Source: Gemmatimonadota bacterium
GTDB lineage: Bacteria > Gemmatimonadota > Gemmatimonadetes > Gemmatimonadales > GWC2-71-9
Direction: 5' to 3'
Assembly: GCA_036679605.1 (NCBI GenBank)
Contig: JAZDCZ010000180.1
Location: 64,001-128,000, forward strand
Length of the DNA stretch: 64,000 bases
Part shown: one piece after another, positions 19,886 to 29,385 of the stretch
Layout: the number at the start of each line of letters is the position of its first letter
Position numbering within the stretch: position 1 is the stretch's first letter
Notes under the pieces: model-generated
Databases searched by the model: none
Seen by the model: only the letters and a program-made list of their open reading frames with translations
What the model was told of the DNA's origin: nothing
Program-made: the position numbers and the translations under genes

Positions 19886-21345
19886 GCCAAACCTAGATCC
19901 CTTACCGCCTCGGCAACTACCGACTTCTCATCAAACCAGAGTTTTTCGGTGCCCACTATTTGGTAGGTCTCGGGCCCTTTGCCTGCCAGAAGCAAGCAGT
20001 CACCGTCTTGCAACATCGAAACTGCGTGGCGGATGGCGTCTTCTCTGTCGAGAAGTCTAGCGTCGGCACTTCGCCCCATTCCCTCCTCGATCTGATCGAG
20101 GATCGACTCCGGATCTTCTGTCCGAGGGTTATCAGAGGTTATGATGACGACATCAGCTTCGCGAGCAGCAATGCCACCCATTTCGGATCGCTTGGTCGGG
20201 TCCCTATCGCCTCCCGCTCCAAACAGTAGGAACAGACGCCCAGGCGTCAGGGGCCGAAGCGCCGCGAGGGCCCGCTCGAAGCCATCTGGAGTGTGCGCGT
20301 AGTCACGCAGGACTGTACAACGCCCCGAGAACAGCCGTTCCATGCGGCCAGGTACTGCGGGAGCACTGGCCATGCGTTCTGCAATTTTGCCGGGCTCTAC
20401 ACCAAACCACCAAGCCGTGGCCGCCGCCGCCAGGGCATTGCTCACATTGTAGTCACCCAGTAACGGTAACTCGACACGCAACTCCTCGCCCTCAAAGCTG
20501 AACACGCTTTGAGATCCCGCAGAACCGTACTCGACATCCTTTGCGGTCACGGTGGCATCATTAGTCAACCCATACGTCGCTCGTCTAACGTCGTCCCTCA
20601 CAGGTAACCCGAGCCATGCGGGGTCGTCTGCGTTCACGACCTCGAGACCGCCGCTTTCGAGGTGGCGGGATAGCCTCATCTTGGTGGCCCCGTAGGAAGC
20701 CATGTCGGCATGATACTCGAGATGTTCGTGAGTGAGGTTGGTGTACGCGACCGCGCGGAAAGCGATCGCGTCGATTCGATGTTGGTCCAATCCGTGCGAT
20801 GACACCTCCATCACAACCGTCGAAACCTGCAGTTCCAGAAGTTCTGCTAGGATTCGCTGGAGTTCTACGGCTCCAGGTGTGGTGAGCGCGTGGTATCCCT
20901 CCAATTTCGTCCCGTGTCCGTCGAAAACTCCTACCGTGCCAATCGAGCCTACTGACGATTCGGGATTAAGAAGATGGCGGATGAGCGCCACCGTGGTGGA
21001 TTTGCCGTTGGTTCCCGTAACTCCGACAATCTCCATGCGATCGGCTGGGTGACCGTACCACTCTTTCGCAGCCACTGCTGCAGCGGCCCTCCCGTCGCTG
21101 ACCACAAGCTGCGGCATCGATACTTCGCATGGCTTGCTGACCAAAGCTGCGGCAGCTCCACGTTGGGCGGCGTCTACCAGATAGTCATGACCGTCCTGAG
21201 CGGTTCCTTCAACCGCACAGAATAGTGACCCTTCTGACACTCCACGTGAATCATCGGTCACGCCTTTGATCACCGCGTTGCATTCCGGGGCTGCTACCAA
21301 CAGACCGGCCCGCCTAAGCTCCTCCGCAAGAGCACCTAATTCCAC
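19882..21345 (-). CDS. murE: UDP-MurNAc-dipeptide--meso-DAP ligase
   Basis: TGTNGKST, MEVSSH, DYAHTPD, GGDRD, DNPR (DAP-specific motif). Confidence 0.96.
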   Translation of the reverse strand: MELGALAEELRRAGLLVAAPECNAVIKGVTDDSRGVSEGSLFCAVEGTAQDGHDYLVDAAQRGAAAALVSKPCEVSMPQLVVSDGRAAAAVAAKEWYGHPADRMEIVGVTGTNGKSTTVALIRHLLNPESSVGSIGTVGVFDGHGTKLEGYHALTTPGAVELQRILAELLELQVSTVVMEVSSHGLDQHRIDAIAFRAVAYTNLTHEHLEYHADMASYGATKMRLSRHLESGGLEVVNADDPAWLGLPVRDDVRRATYGLTNDATVTAKDVEYGSAGSQSVFSFEGEELRVELPLLGDYNVSNALAAAATAWWFGVEPGKIAERMASAPAVPGRMERLFSGRCTVLRDYAHTPDGFERALAALRPLTPGRLFLLFGAGGDRDPTKRSEMGGIAAREADVVIITSDNPRTEDPESILDQIEEGMGRSADARLLDREDAIRHAVSMLQDGDCLLLAGKGPETYQIVGTEKLWFDEKSVVAEAVRDLGLA

Positions 21346-23273
21346 GTCGACGGGGCCTTCTTGTCGCGGCCTACCACTTCTATGACCGTACCAGGTGGGA
21401 CCTCCGAACCCGCAGGAGGATCGCTCGTCACGATGGGTCCCCAGCCGGTAAGCCGCAATCTTAGGCCCTCCTTGTGAAGGAGCCGTGCAGCAGCTCTAGC
21501 TGTTAGCCCGATAACGTCCGGCACACGGCGATCCGGCAGCGAATCTGTGTCACCGTTCAATGGCCACTGCATTATGTAAGGCTTTGATCTGCTCAGTTCG
21601 CTCGTGGTCGGCTCAACCGACTGATTCGGGCGAGACAAACCGCGACGGTCGAGTACACCCGTCTCGGCAGCGATAACTTGTTCGAGCACGAGCCGAGTGA
21701 GTGGTGCTGCGGTGACCCTAGCATACGCACCCTTGGGATCGTCCAGCTTGACAACCATGACTAGCTGCGGCCGATCTGCGGGAAAGAGTGAAGTGAAGCT
21801 CGCGATATACGAGCCAGGGATGTACCCTCCGGGGCCCGCCCGCTTAGCAGTCCCGGTCTTGCCACCGACTTCGTAGCTTGTCAACGCCGCCGTCTCGCCA
21901 GTGCCTCCCTTGTATACGACCCCGCGCAGAGCCGCCCGTAGCTCGCTGGCAACGGCGGGAGAAATAACTCGCCTAACAGGTTCCGGAACGTGACTGTAAA
22001 CGACTTTCCCATCTTGATCGCGGATTTCCTTAACCAGAGTGGGTTTGACGAGCACGCCGTCATTGGCTATGACGGCGTAAGCCTGCGCCAGTTGCAACGG
22101 AGTCAGCGCTACTTCATAGCCCATCGCCAAACTTGCTGACGTGAGCGCGCTCCAAGTGTCCGGGTGATGGAGAATGCCCTTGGACTCACTTGGATACTCC
22201 ACACCAGTCGGCGTGCCGAAACCAAAATTGCGTAGCATCGTGAAGTGCTGTACTGGAGATAGTAACTGTGCAAACTTTACGATGCCGATGTTGCTCGATT
22301 GTTCGATCACCTGTCGTAGTGATAGCCTGTCGTTGGGGTGCTCGTCCCTAATCGTCCTATGCTCCATCACGTAGGTGCCGCCTTCCGTATCTACCGAGTC
22401 ATCGAGCTTGGCGAGCCCATTTGCCAGAAGTGCGGCTGCAACGAGCACCTTTGCCGTCGAACCTGGCTCGAAGATAGCGGTAAACACGTCACTGCGACCC
22501 CTTCCCTCCACAGTGAGCGATGCAACGGCCAGGATCTCCCCTGTGTGCGGATTGAGTACCACCACATCACCGGCGGCGGCGTCCATCTCCTGGAGGGCGG
22601 CGGCCAGGGCGTCCTCGACTATCTCCTGTAGGCCGGCGTCCAACGTCAGGTACACGTCACTGCCCTGTACCGGAAATGCGTCGAGTCTCGCAGGTGATTC
22701 GTAGCGGCGACCGCTGCGGTCCCTCAGCACCACTGCCCTGCCAGGTACTCCCGTCAGGACGGAATCGAGCGTCCTCTCTACTCCACTTGCCCGCCGGCCC
22801 TGAGTGGCTGGCCGACCCAAAATTGGGCGAGCCAGATCTGAAGCCGGATAGAAACGCACCAACTCACTCGATAGGTGGACCCCCCTCACCTTGTTCAACC
22901 CTTCAACGCGTGCTGACGAGAACGGACCGTGGAAATAGGCATAGCGCCGCTTCAGTTGCCGCAGAACCGCGGTGCGGGGAAGGTCGAGTCGTCGCGCGAT
23001 TTCGGCTGCATCGCGCTCTAGATGACGTAGCTCGTTTGGCGCCACCCCAACGTGGTAATTTTGTATGGTGAGAGCCAGCGCCAGACCATTGCGATCGTAA
23101 ATTGTCCCGCGCCGTGCCGGCAGCACGACTCGCTCCGTCTGCTGAGCTGCCGCTGCCTCGGCGTAGCGCTGACCATCCATGAGCTGGACCTGGGCGACGC
23201 GCGCGATGAGCGCGGCTGTTGCAACAACAAAGGCTGCAAGCACTGCGGTCAGACGAACCTTTGGTTTGGCCAT
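21336..23273 (-). CDS. ftsI: Class B penicillin-binding protein FtsI with C-terminal PASTA domain
   Basis: RGTIYDRNG; EPGSTAK (SxxK), SSN, KTGT; C-terminal VPDVIGL...PPAG PASTA repeat. Confidence 0.93.
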   Translation of the reverse strand: MAKPKVRLTAVLAAFVVATAALIARVAQVQLMDGQRYAEAAAAQQTERVVLPARRGTIYDRNGLALALTIQNYHVGVAPNELRHLERDAAEIARRLDLPRTAVLRQLKRRYAYFHGPFSSARVEGLNKVRGVHLSSELVRFYPASDLARPILGRPATQGRRASGVERTLDSVLTGVPGRAVVLRDRSGRRYESPARLDAFPVQGSDVYLTLDAGLQEIVEDALAAALQEMDAAAGDVVVLNPHTGEILAVASLTVEGRGRSDVFTAIFEPGSTAKVLVAAALLANGLAKLDDSVDTEGGTYVMEHRTIRDEHPNDRLSLRQVIEQSSNIGIVKFAQLLSPVQHFTMLRNFGFGTPTGVEYPSESKGILHHPDTWSALTSASLAMGYEVALTPLQLAQAYAVIANDGVLVKPTLVKEIRDQDGKVVYSHVPEPVRRVISPAVASELRAALRGVVYKGGTGETAALTSYEVGGKTGTAKRAGPGGYIPGSYIASFTSLFPADRPQLVMVVKLDDPKGAYARVTAAPLTRLVLEQVIAAETGVLDRRGLSRPNQSVEPTTSELSRSKPYIMQWPLNGDTDSLPDRRVPDVIGLTARAAARLLHKEGLRLRLTGWGPIVTSDPPAGSEVPPGTVIEVVGRDKKAPSTWN

Positions 23274-23274
23274 C

Positions 23275-23562
23275 TCAGCGTCCCTCACGGATAGGAGCTT
23301 GCAGGATGACGATTTCGCTGTCGGCAGACAAGCGTAGTCCCAGAGATTCCGCCCGCGGAATCAGGATGGCCCGACTCCCCGCCTGGCGTACCCTTCGGGA
23401 AAGCTCGGCGCGCCGCGACTGGAGTATCGATCGCCGACTGCGCAGATCTTCTAGCCGACCCGCTTCCGCGAACCCGGATGTGTCACGCCAAACGACCCAC
23501 GCGAATATCGCGAGCCCGAACAACAACCATGCGCCCACCCAAATGCGCCCCTTAACACGCAT
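23275..23562 (-). CDS. ftsL: FtsL-like cell division protein
   Basis: TM plus coiled coil ending AESLGL; canonical position between rsmH and ftsI. Confidence 0.7.
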   Translation of the reverse strand: MRVKGRIWVGAWLLFGLAIFAWVVWRDTSGFAEAGRLEDLRSRRSILQSRRAELSRRVRQAGSRAILIPRAESLGLRLSADSEIVILQAPIREGR

Positions 23563-24460
23563 CGCTTTTTACGAACACCCTAAGCTTGGCACTGCGTGCC
23601 CGGGAATTATTGGCAATCTCGTCGTCCGTTGGCTGTATCGGTTTTTTCGGTTCCATCCTACCGAGGGCTCGGCCACGGCACGTGCACACTGGCAATCCGG
23701 GCTTGCAAATGCAACTCCTCGCCCACTCCTGAAAGTGCCTTTTGACGACACGATCCTCACCAGAATGATAGCTAATAACCGCCACGGCCCCACCCTGTAC
23801 CAGGGCGTCCTGCACCACTGGCAACGACTTCTGCAGAGACTCTATCTCCGAGTTCACCGCAATTCTAAGTGCCTGGAAAATCCGAGCAAAATCGGACGGA
23901 CCGCTTCTGGAGCCCAGAACAGATCGAATGGTGTTCACGAGATCATCGCTGATGCGAAATGTTGACCTTTGCCTTCGCCGCGCTACGGCAGCAGCCAACC
24001 TTCTCGCTCTTCTCTCATCTGCACCTTCGGCAAAAATGCTGGCCAAACTCTTCTGTGGAAGATCGTTGAGCAAGTCTGCGGCGCTCTTGTCCCCGCTTCC
24101 CATGCGCATATCCAGCGGGACGTCGGGTCTGAATGAAAATCCTCGTTCATCGCTGTCGAGCTGACGCCCGGATACTCCAAGGTCGAACAGAACAAGATCG
24201 GGGCGGAATGCACGGATGGCCTCTAGAGCCTCTTGATCCACAAAGCTCCGATTGAGCCAACGAACATGGTCTCCCGGAACTACCCGGCGAGCCGTCTCAA
24301 GAGCCTCGGGATCGCGGTCTATGGCCAGCAGATCGCCGCCGCCGCGCAACAGAACGGTCGCGTGTCCGCCTCCACCTACGGTGCAGTCAACGAACCTGCG
24401 CCGGTTTCGCGCGAGCTTCGCAATTTCGTCCGTCAGAACTGGAATATGGTAGGCAGCCAC
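23552..24460 (-). CDS. rsmH: 16S rRNA m4C1402 methyltransferase
   Basis: HIPVL, DCTVGGGGH, DLGVS, RGFSF, PLDMRM, FQALRIAVN, SYHSGED, RARSAKLR. Start set at GTG 24460. Confidence 0.96.
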   Translation of the reverse strand: MAAYHIPVLTDEIAKLARNRRRFVDCTVGGGGHATVLLRGGGDLLAIDRDPEALETARRVVPGDHVRWLNRSFVDQEALEAIRAFRPDLVLFDLGVSGRQLDSDERGFSFRPDVPLDMRMGSGDKSAADLLNDLPQKSLASIFAEGADERRARRLAAAVARRRQRSTFRISDDLVNTIRSVLGSRSGPSDFARIFQALRIAVNSEIESLQKSLPVVQDALVQGGAVAVISYHSGEDRVVKRHFQEWARSCICKPGLPVCTCRGRALGRMEPKKPIQPTDDEIANNSRARSAKLRVFVKSDAC

Positions 24461-24483
24461 CGTCTTTGCCGACAAATCACGAA

Positions 24484-24511
24484 AGCCCCGCGTGCTCAAG
24501 CATGCGGGGCT
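24484..24511 (-). terminator. Hairpin downstream of tRNA-Asp (probable intrinsic terminator)
   Basis: AGCCCCGCATGC-TTGA-GCACGCGGGGCT stem (one mismatch), followed by TTCGTGATTT on the minus strand. Confidence 0.55.
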
Positions 24512-24540
24512 AGAATTATGCGGCGTTCGTGTGATAGTCA

Positions 24541-24614
24541 CGGGGCTGACGGGACTCGAACCCGCGGCCTCCGGTGTGACAGACCGGCACTCTAACCAGC
24601 TGAGCTACAACCCC
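24541..24614 (-). tRNA. tRNA-Asp (GTC)
   Basis: GGGGTTGTAGCTCAGCTGGTTAGAG...CCGGT-CTGTCAC-ACCGG...GGTTCGAGTCCC...CAGCCCCG cloverleaf; CCA not encoded. Confidence 0.96.
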
Positions 24615-24632
24615 AAACGTTCATAGCCTTGT

Positions 24633-24661
24633 AATCTAGATACGGCAGGAACTCGATTCAA
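24633..24661 (-). promoter_or_regulatory. Sigma70-type promoter of tRNA-Asp
   Basis: TTGAAT-N17-TAGATT, 18 nt upstream of the tRNA. Confidence 0.5.
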
Positions 24662-24673
24662 GCGGCGTCGGGT

Positions 24674-26404
24674 TCACTTGCAGTAGGCTTCACGGAATTG
24701 CGCCGGTCGGCCTCTGAGTTGGCGGTAGACCCCCAGGAGCCCGTCCGCGGCCTTCTCCGCAACCACCCTTCCGGCGGTCAGTGCCTCGAACCCCTTGTTG
24801 ATCAGCCGCTGGTACTCACCAATCGCACTGCAGGACTCAGACTCGAGGATCTGTTGATCCATGGGGCGGACAACATAAAACAAGCCATATCCAATCCAGA
24901 AATTGGCTGGATTGGTAACTTTGTTCTGCCAATCGTACTGCTGTGCCTTTTCAAGCCAGACAATACCCCTGGGAATATCGATTTGCATCTGCACCAGCTT
25001 CTGACCGGGGGTGTAGTACATCCCCGCAACTCTAGTCATTACAGTCGTGTCGTGACTGAGTTGGCTCAACCGCTGAAGCAAGCCATCTAACTTGTTGAGC
25101 GCGGCCGTATCGAGCGGTGTGATCGTATCGATTTGGAGCGCGCGCGCATGCAGTGTCGCTACCGTAAGCAGGCTCCGCTCATCGTGCTCATCGAGTTCGA
25201 TTAGTCGCTCGTAAGCCATGAGAGCTGAGTCCTGTACTCCGGCTCTCTGCAACAGAAGGGCTCGCGCCCTCCAGAACGGTATCGAGCTGGGGGAATATTC
25301 CAGTCCCTCCGAAGCCCATCTCAGCATGGCAGCGGTGTCTCGGATTTGACTTGCGAGCGCAAAGATCCGGGGATAAAACAAAGTGTCCCCTGTAAGGGCC
25401 GAATCGAGTTCGTACTGCTGAGTCATGGCCTCTAGGGCACAGTCCCAGAGTGCGCCGTCAAAGCAACCACGCGCCTTGAGCCCGACGAACCGCGCATTCG
25501 ACGGATCGCGACGGAGGCCTTCGTCGATGATATCTCGTGCCCGAAAGTAGTCCCTTGTGGTTATGTAGCCGGCGGCTACTTGATATCGGATATCCTGATC
25601 GTCCGGATTGGCGCGTAGCTGCTTCGCAAACGCATCCACTGCCTTAACCGTATCACCTCTTCGCTGGTATTGCCGAGCAAGATTCTCCCATGCCCGCATA
25701 TTGAGGGAGTCGCCCTTAGTGGCTTTCTCGTAGGCCCAAATGAGGCTGTCAGAGCCTTGTTGGTTGGCTTCGAACACGTAAGAGAGGCACATCGCCGCCG
25801 AGGGGTGGTTCCTATAGATCTCGAACGCTTTATTCGCTCTGTCGCGGGCACGCTTGAAATCGCCACGATCGCGGCGGGTAGAGCATTCTTTGGCAAAGTC
25901 GGCTGCTTTGACCTGAGTCCGCAGTGAGTCCATAACCCGACCCGCAAGAGACTTAGGAGGGTCACCCGGCTGGCCCGTTACGGTCATCCACCCTGACAGG
26001 CCGGTCCTCCGGACATCAACCATTCTTAGCGTCAGCTGAGGCACAGGCCCTACCCGATTCAGCCAGCCATATGCGTAGCCGTCCGCCTGCAGCGCCTTCG
26101 CTACCTGTTCGACCATGACTTCACTAACGATTGTCGTTGCTGCAAACCCAGAACTCACGAGCAGGTCTTCGATAACGTCGTTCTTGATGACTTCCCACTT
26201 TTGGCGGTACTTGTTTTGTGCCTCAGTTCTGATGTACCTGACCAGCTCCTGCACATAAGCTGAGTCTTGAGGGGACCGGGGGGATGGGGCGAGGAACAAC
26301 ATACGGCTCGATTTGGTCTGGGCACCAAGGCTCGCCGGCACCGCTACCGCGAGCTCTACAACAATCAAAAGCCCTGTTCTGAGAGATGAACGTAGCCGAT
26401 GCAC
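24674..26404 (-). CDS. Exported tetratricopeptide-repeat protein
   Basis: Signal-peptide-like N-terminus (…ASLGA|Q) followed by repeated TPR-like helices (AWENLARQY…KAVDAF…ANP). Confidence 0.7.
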   Translation of the reverse strand: MHRLRSSLRTGLLIVVELAVAVPASLGAQTKSSRMLFLAPSPRSPQDSAYVQELVRYIRTEAQNKYRQKWEVIKNDVIEDLLVSSGFAATTIVSEVMVEQVAKALQADGYAYGWLNRVGPVPQLTLRMVDVRRTGLSGWMTVTGQPGDPPKSLAGRVMDSLRTQVKAADFAKECSTRRDRGDFKRARDRANKAFEIYRNHPSAAMCLSYVFEANQQGSDSLIWAYEKATKGDSLNMRAWENLARQYQRRGDTVKAVDAFAKQLRANPDDQDIRYQVAAGYITTRDYFRARDIIDEGLRRDPSNARFVGLKARGCFDGALWDCALEAMTQQYELDSALTGDTLFYPRIFALASQIRDTAAMLRWASEGLEYSPSSIPFWRARALLLQRAGVQDSALMAYERLIELDEHDERSLLTVATLHARALQIDTITPLDTAALNKLDGLLQRLSQLSHDTTVMTRVAGMYYTPGQKLVQMQIDIPRGIVWLEKAQQYDWQNKVTNPANFWIGYGLFYVVRPMDQQILESESCSAIGEYQRLINKGFEALTAGRVVAEKAADGLLGVYRQLRGRPAQFREAYCK

Positions 26405-26464
26405 AGCTATAGACTCCCCGTTTTTACTCTAGTGGTCAAGGCAAACTACCGTTTCCATGCAAAA

Positions 26465-26539
26465 TGGGCGAAGAGGGATTCGAACCCCCGACATCCTGCT
26501 TGTAAGGCAGGCGCTCTGAACCAACTGAGCTATTCGCCC
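26465..26539 (-). tRNA. tRNA-Val (TAC)
   Basis: GGGCGAATAGCTCAGTTGG...CCTGC-CTTACAA-GCAGG...GGTTCGAATCCC...TTCGCCCA cloverleaf; discriminator A, CCA not encoded. Confidence 0.96.
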
Positions 26540-26722
26540 TCAAAGCGCGAGGCCCAGCGGGAACAACACGCAGTAGCCCAGGACCAGCAACATCGGCGCC
26601 AGCGTGGTATCGCCACCTGCAAGCAACAGGTAACCCACTCCTATTGTCCCCAATGCACAACCCAGTGTCACCAGATTTCTGCTCCGAAAACGAAGCCTTG
26701 CGGACGAATCCCTCCTAGACAT
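26540..26722 (-). CDS. Small two-TM membrane protein, DUF3098-like
   Basis: RN-hydrophobic-GYLLL..G...TLAPMLLVLGY pattern recalled from DUF3098; GAGG RBS upstream. Confidence 0.6.
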   Translation of the reverse strand: MSRRDSSARLRFRSRNLVTLGCALGTIGVGYLLLAGGDTTLAPMLLVLGYCVLFPLGLAL

Positions 26723-26755
26723 AGACCCTCAGGCTAATCGGAAGTTCCATATGCG

Positions 26756-27625
26756 TCAAGCACTTGCGTCGTCGATCGGTGTCACGTCGTCGATATCTGC
26801 GGGGAGGCTCCATCCCTCATCCAAAGCGAGTCTCCGCTCTTGGTAGCGGCCGCGGCGCCAGCCCCAGAGGCTCAACAGAATCAGGCCAAGTACCGCCCAG
26901 AATAGGGCCATCGACCCCAAGATCAAAGCCCAGCCGTAGTGCTTGCGGAGGTCCTTTCGCCACATCGCTTCAAATTGGCCGAGCGTTATCTGGTGCGTGA
27001 TTCTGAGTGCGCGATCCATATCAGTAGTCTTGCCCAGGTTTTCTAGCAGCGGAGCCAAACCACGATCCCCGCCAAGCCGTTCCAGCAGCAGCACCGCAGT
27101 AGTGGCAAGTGCATAGGCTGTCTCAGGCCTCACTCCGCTGCCTCGAAGATCGGCGTTCACACGGCCCAGTGAAGGGAGGACGCCCATTACAAGAGCCCAA
27201 TTGACTCGCAGAATTTCCAATCGGTCCCACTCGTCTGCGGCCCTCGCCGCATATCCCTCGTCAAACCAAAGTGGCACTCTTCTAACCTTGCTGTGAAGAG
27301 CCAAGTGCGCCATCTCATGAATCAGGACGCGCCTTGCGTCGCCCGACAGCTTCACGATCACCGTGTTTGAACCAGGGAATGCCGCTCCGGCGCTCCACTT
27401 GGGCACACGACCCCTGGTAAGCGAATCGAACTTAGCGGCGTCGGGCGCCAGAATCAGCCGCACCGGTCGCCTTCCGATATTTTGGATTCCCGGCCAAGGT
27501 CCCGCCGCGTCAGCAATTTCAGCTAGCACCGTCGCCACCGCCTCCTGCTGTGGCCAATAAACGGCTCGCACTCTACCTACCCTGACGAGCTGAGGGTCCT
27601 GCACAGATAGCGCCAGCAATCCCAT
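26756..27625 (-). CDS. Gluzincin / peptidase MA-like metalloprotease with C-terminal TM
   Basis: LIHEMAH (HExxH) plus downstream PLWFDEG third ligand; TM followed by RRGR. Confidence 0.75.
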   Translation of the reverse strand: MGLLALSVQDPQLVRVGRVRAVYWPQQEAVATVLAEIADAAGPWPGIQNIGRRPVRLILAPDAAKFDSLTRGRVPKWSAGAAFPGSNTVIVKLSGDARRVLIHEMAHLALHSKVRRVPLWFDEGYAARAADEWDRLEILRVNWALVMGVLPSLGRVNADLRGSGVRPETAYALATTAVLLLERLGGDRGLAPLLENLGKTTDMDRALRITHQITLGQFEAMWRKDLRKHYGWALILGSMALFWAVLGLILLSLWGWRRGRYQERRLALDEGWSLPADIDDVTPIDDASA

Positions 27626-27627
27626 TA

Positions 27628-28491
27628 CTATGAACGTGGTGGCTCCGTCCCCTGTTCCACCAAGTCCAACATCTCTCTACAGCGCTTGCCCCAGGGATTG
27701 AACTTGTTTGCCTTAAATCCGTTGATCCAGGTTTCCTTAGCCATATCCTGCTCTTCGGCAAACCACTGTGCTCGTCCCAGTTCATAGTACGCTTCAATGA
27801 GATTTGGCCCCAGCTCAAGGGTCTTCTCAAAGAACGTCTGCGCATCCTCGTACATTTCTCGCTCTTGATAGACGAGACCGAGATAGAAATGCGCGTAAAG
27901 GGTGGCCTTCTTGTCGTTGTCTAGACGGATGGCCTTCGAAAGATGCTCTATGGCTTCGCCGAAAATGCGCTTCTTTAGGCAAATGTAGCCGACATTAATT
28001 CGTGCCAGAGAGTTCGCCGGTTCTGTGCTGAGAACTTGTTGGAATGTGCCCAAGGCGTCATCGTAGTCTTGGTTGAGCATTTGGGCCCAGCCAAGCAAAG
28101 ACTTGGCCTGCACATCTGCAGGTGACAGTGACAGGGCCTTTGAGAGCGCTTGGAGCGCACCAGGATAATCGCCCAAAGAGATGAGGCTCCAGCCTTTCTC
28201 AATGAACGTGGAGGCCCCTATGTGATCGACCCGTGCGGCAGGTACAGCGCCGGTGAACTGGGGGGCATTGCCCCCTTCCCCACCTTGGGCGAGCTGCTTG
28301 TACCGTTCTACGAGTTCCCGAATGTTTTCCTTGAGGTCAGAAAGATCGGTGATCGCCTGATCGACGATCTTGAACAGCGAGATGATCTGTTGCTTGACGG
28401 CGTCCCGCTCAGCCTGGGGCACATCCGACTCAAGCTTCTGTGAAATTTCGTCGTACGATGCGCGCAGTGGTGCTACAATGGAGTCACTCAT
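27628..28491 (-). CDS. Coiled-coil + TPR protein
   Basis: N-terminal heptad-like helices, Gly-rich linker, then about 5 TPRs (AHFYLGLVYQEREMYEDAQTFFEKTLELGP). Confidence 0.8.
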   Translation of the reverse strand: MSDSIVAPLRASYDEISQKLESDVPQAERDAVKQQIISLFKIVDQAITDLSDLKENIRELVERYKQLAQGGEGGNAPQFTGAVPAARVDHIGASTFIEKGWSLISLGDYPGALQALSKALSLSPADVQAKSLLGWAQMLNQDYDDALGTFQQVLSTEPANSLARINVGYICLKKRIFGEAIEHLSKAIRLDNDKKATLYAHFYLGLVYQEREMYEDAQTFFEKTLELGPNLIEAYYELGRAQWFAEEQDMAKETWINGFKANKFNPWGKRCREMLDLVEQGTEPPRS

Positions 28492-28960
28492 GAGCAGTCC
28501 CCGCCATCAGCGTGTCCAGGGTGAGTTGCTCCTCCGCCTCGAGCAGTTTTGACACCGCCAACACTACGGTAGATCGCTCACCTATCGTGGCTATCCCGCT
28601 GACATACCGTGCGGCTAGCCCTCTAACGATCGGCGGCGGAGGCAATATCCGGTCGGCCCCGACTTTGAGTACTTCGAGCACCTTGTCCGCTACGATCCCA
28701 ATTCGTCCGCCCTCCCAATCAACCACTATGATCCTCGTATCTTCACCGATGCTGGCTGGCACCTCCAATCGCTTTCGCAAATCGAACACCGGAAGCACCT
28801 CCCCACCATACTGGATAGTACCCTCAAGAAATACAGGTGCACCTGGAAGAGGCGCTGGCTCAGTGTAGCGAAGAATCCTCTCTACCCTGGCAACATCAAA
28901 CGCAAAATTGTGAGCCGCAATCGTAAATGTTACCAGTTGGACTTCGTCGTCTGAACTCAT
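28484..28960 (-). CDS. cheW: Chemotaxis coupling protein CheW
   Basis: QLVTF, P.P.APVFLEG, VLPVFDLRKRL, TRIIVV, GIVAD.V. Confidence 0.88.
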   Translation of the reverse strand: MSSDDEVQLVTFTIAAHNFAFDVARVERILRYTEPAPLPGAPVFLEGTIQYGGEVLPVFDLRKRLEVPASIGEDTRIIVVDWEGGRIGIVADKVLEVLKVGADRILPPPPIVRGLAARYVSGIATIGERSTVVLAVSKLLEAEEQLTLDTLMAGTAHE

Positions 28961-29385
28961 GTCTGCTCTTCAATCGAGGCTGTGGTCAATCGATCTACCA
29001 AAGTTGCCACGTCAACCACAGGAATCAATTCCTCGTCACGTTTTGCCACACCCAATGCCCATGGGAGATCCCATCCGTCCGGCACGGGAAGAGGATCTTC
29101 GAATACTACTTCATCTGCATCGTCCACTTCAAACGCCACCGTTTTGCCGCTGCATTCGGCAACCACTATCGTATCACCTTGCAGCTCAGGAGGCGGAGTG
29201 CCTGAGACCAGCGAGCCCAGATGCACGAGTGGAACGAGTCGGTCGCGCACCGGAGTCACGCCCCTCACGGAAGGATGAACACTAGGCACGCGATCGACGG
29301 CAAAACCGTCGATTACCTCTGTTACCCGGTTTATTCCGAGACCGTAGCGTTGTCCTCCCGCGCGTACTATGAGGAAACCCATCAT
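28957..29385 (-). CDS. cheW: CheW-like protein
   Basis: YGL..VTEV, VPSVHPSVRGV..VRDRLVPLVHL, VAFEVD. Start at ATG 29385 (ATGA overlap with cheB). Confidence 0.8.
   Translation of the reverse strand: MMGFLIVRAGGQRYGLGINRVTEVIDGFAVDRVPSVHPSVRGVTPVRDRLVPLVHLGSLVSGTPPPELQGDTIVVAECSGKTVAFEVDDADEVVFEDPLPVPDGWDLPWALGVAKRDEELIPVVDVATLVDRLTTASIEEQT

Noticed and set aside
24541..26539. tRNA-anchored genomic island
   Set aside because: No integrase and no duplicated tRNA 3' end were seen; the flanks are core genes.
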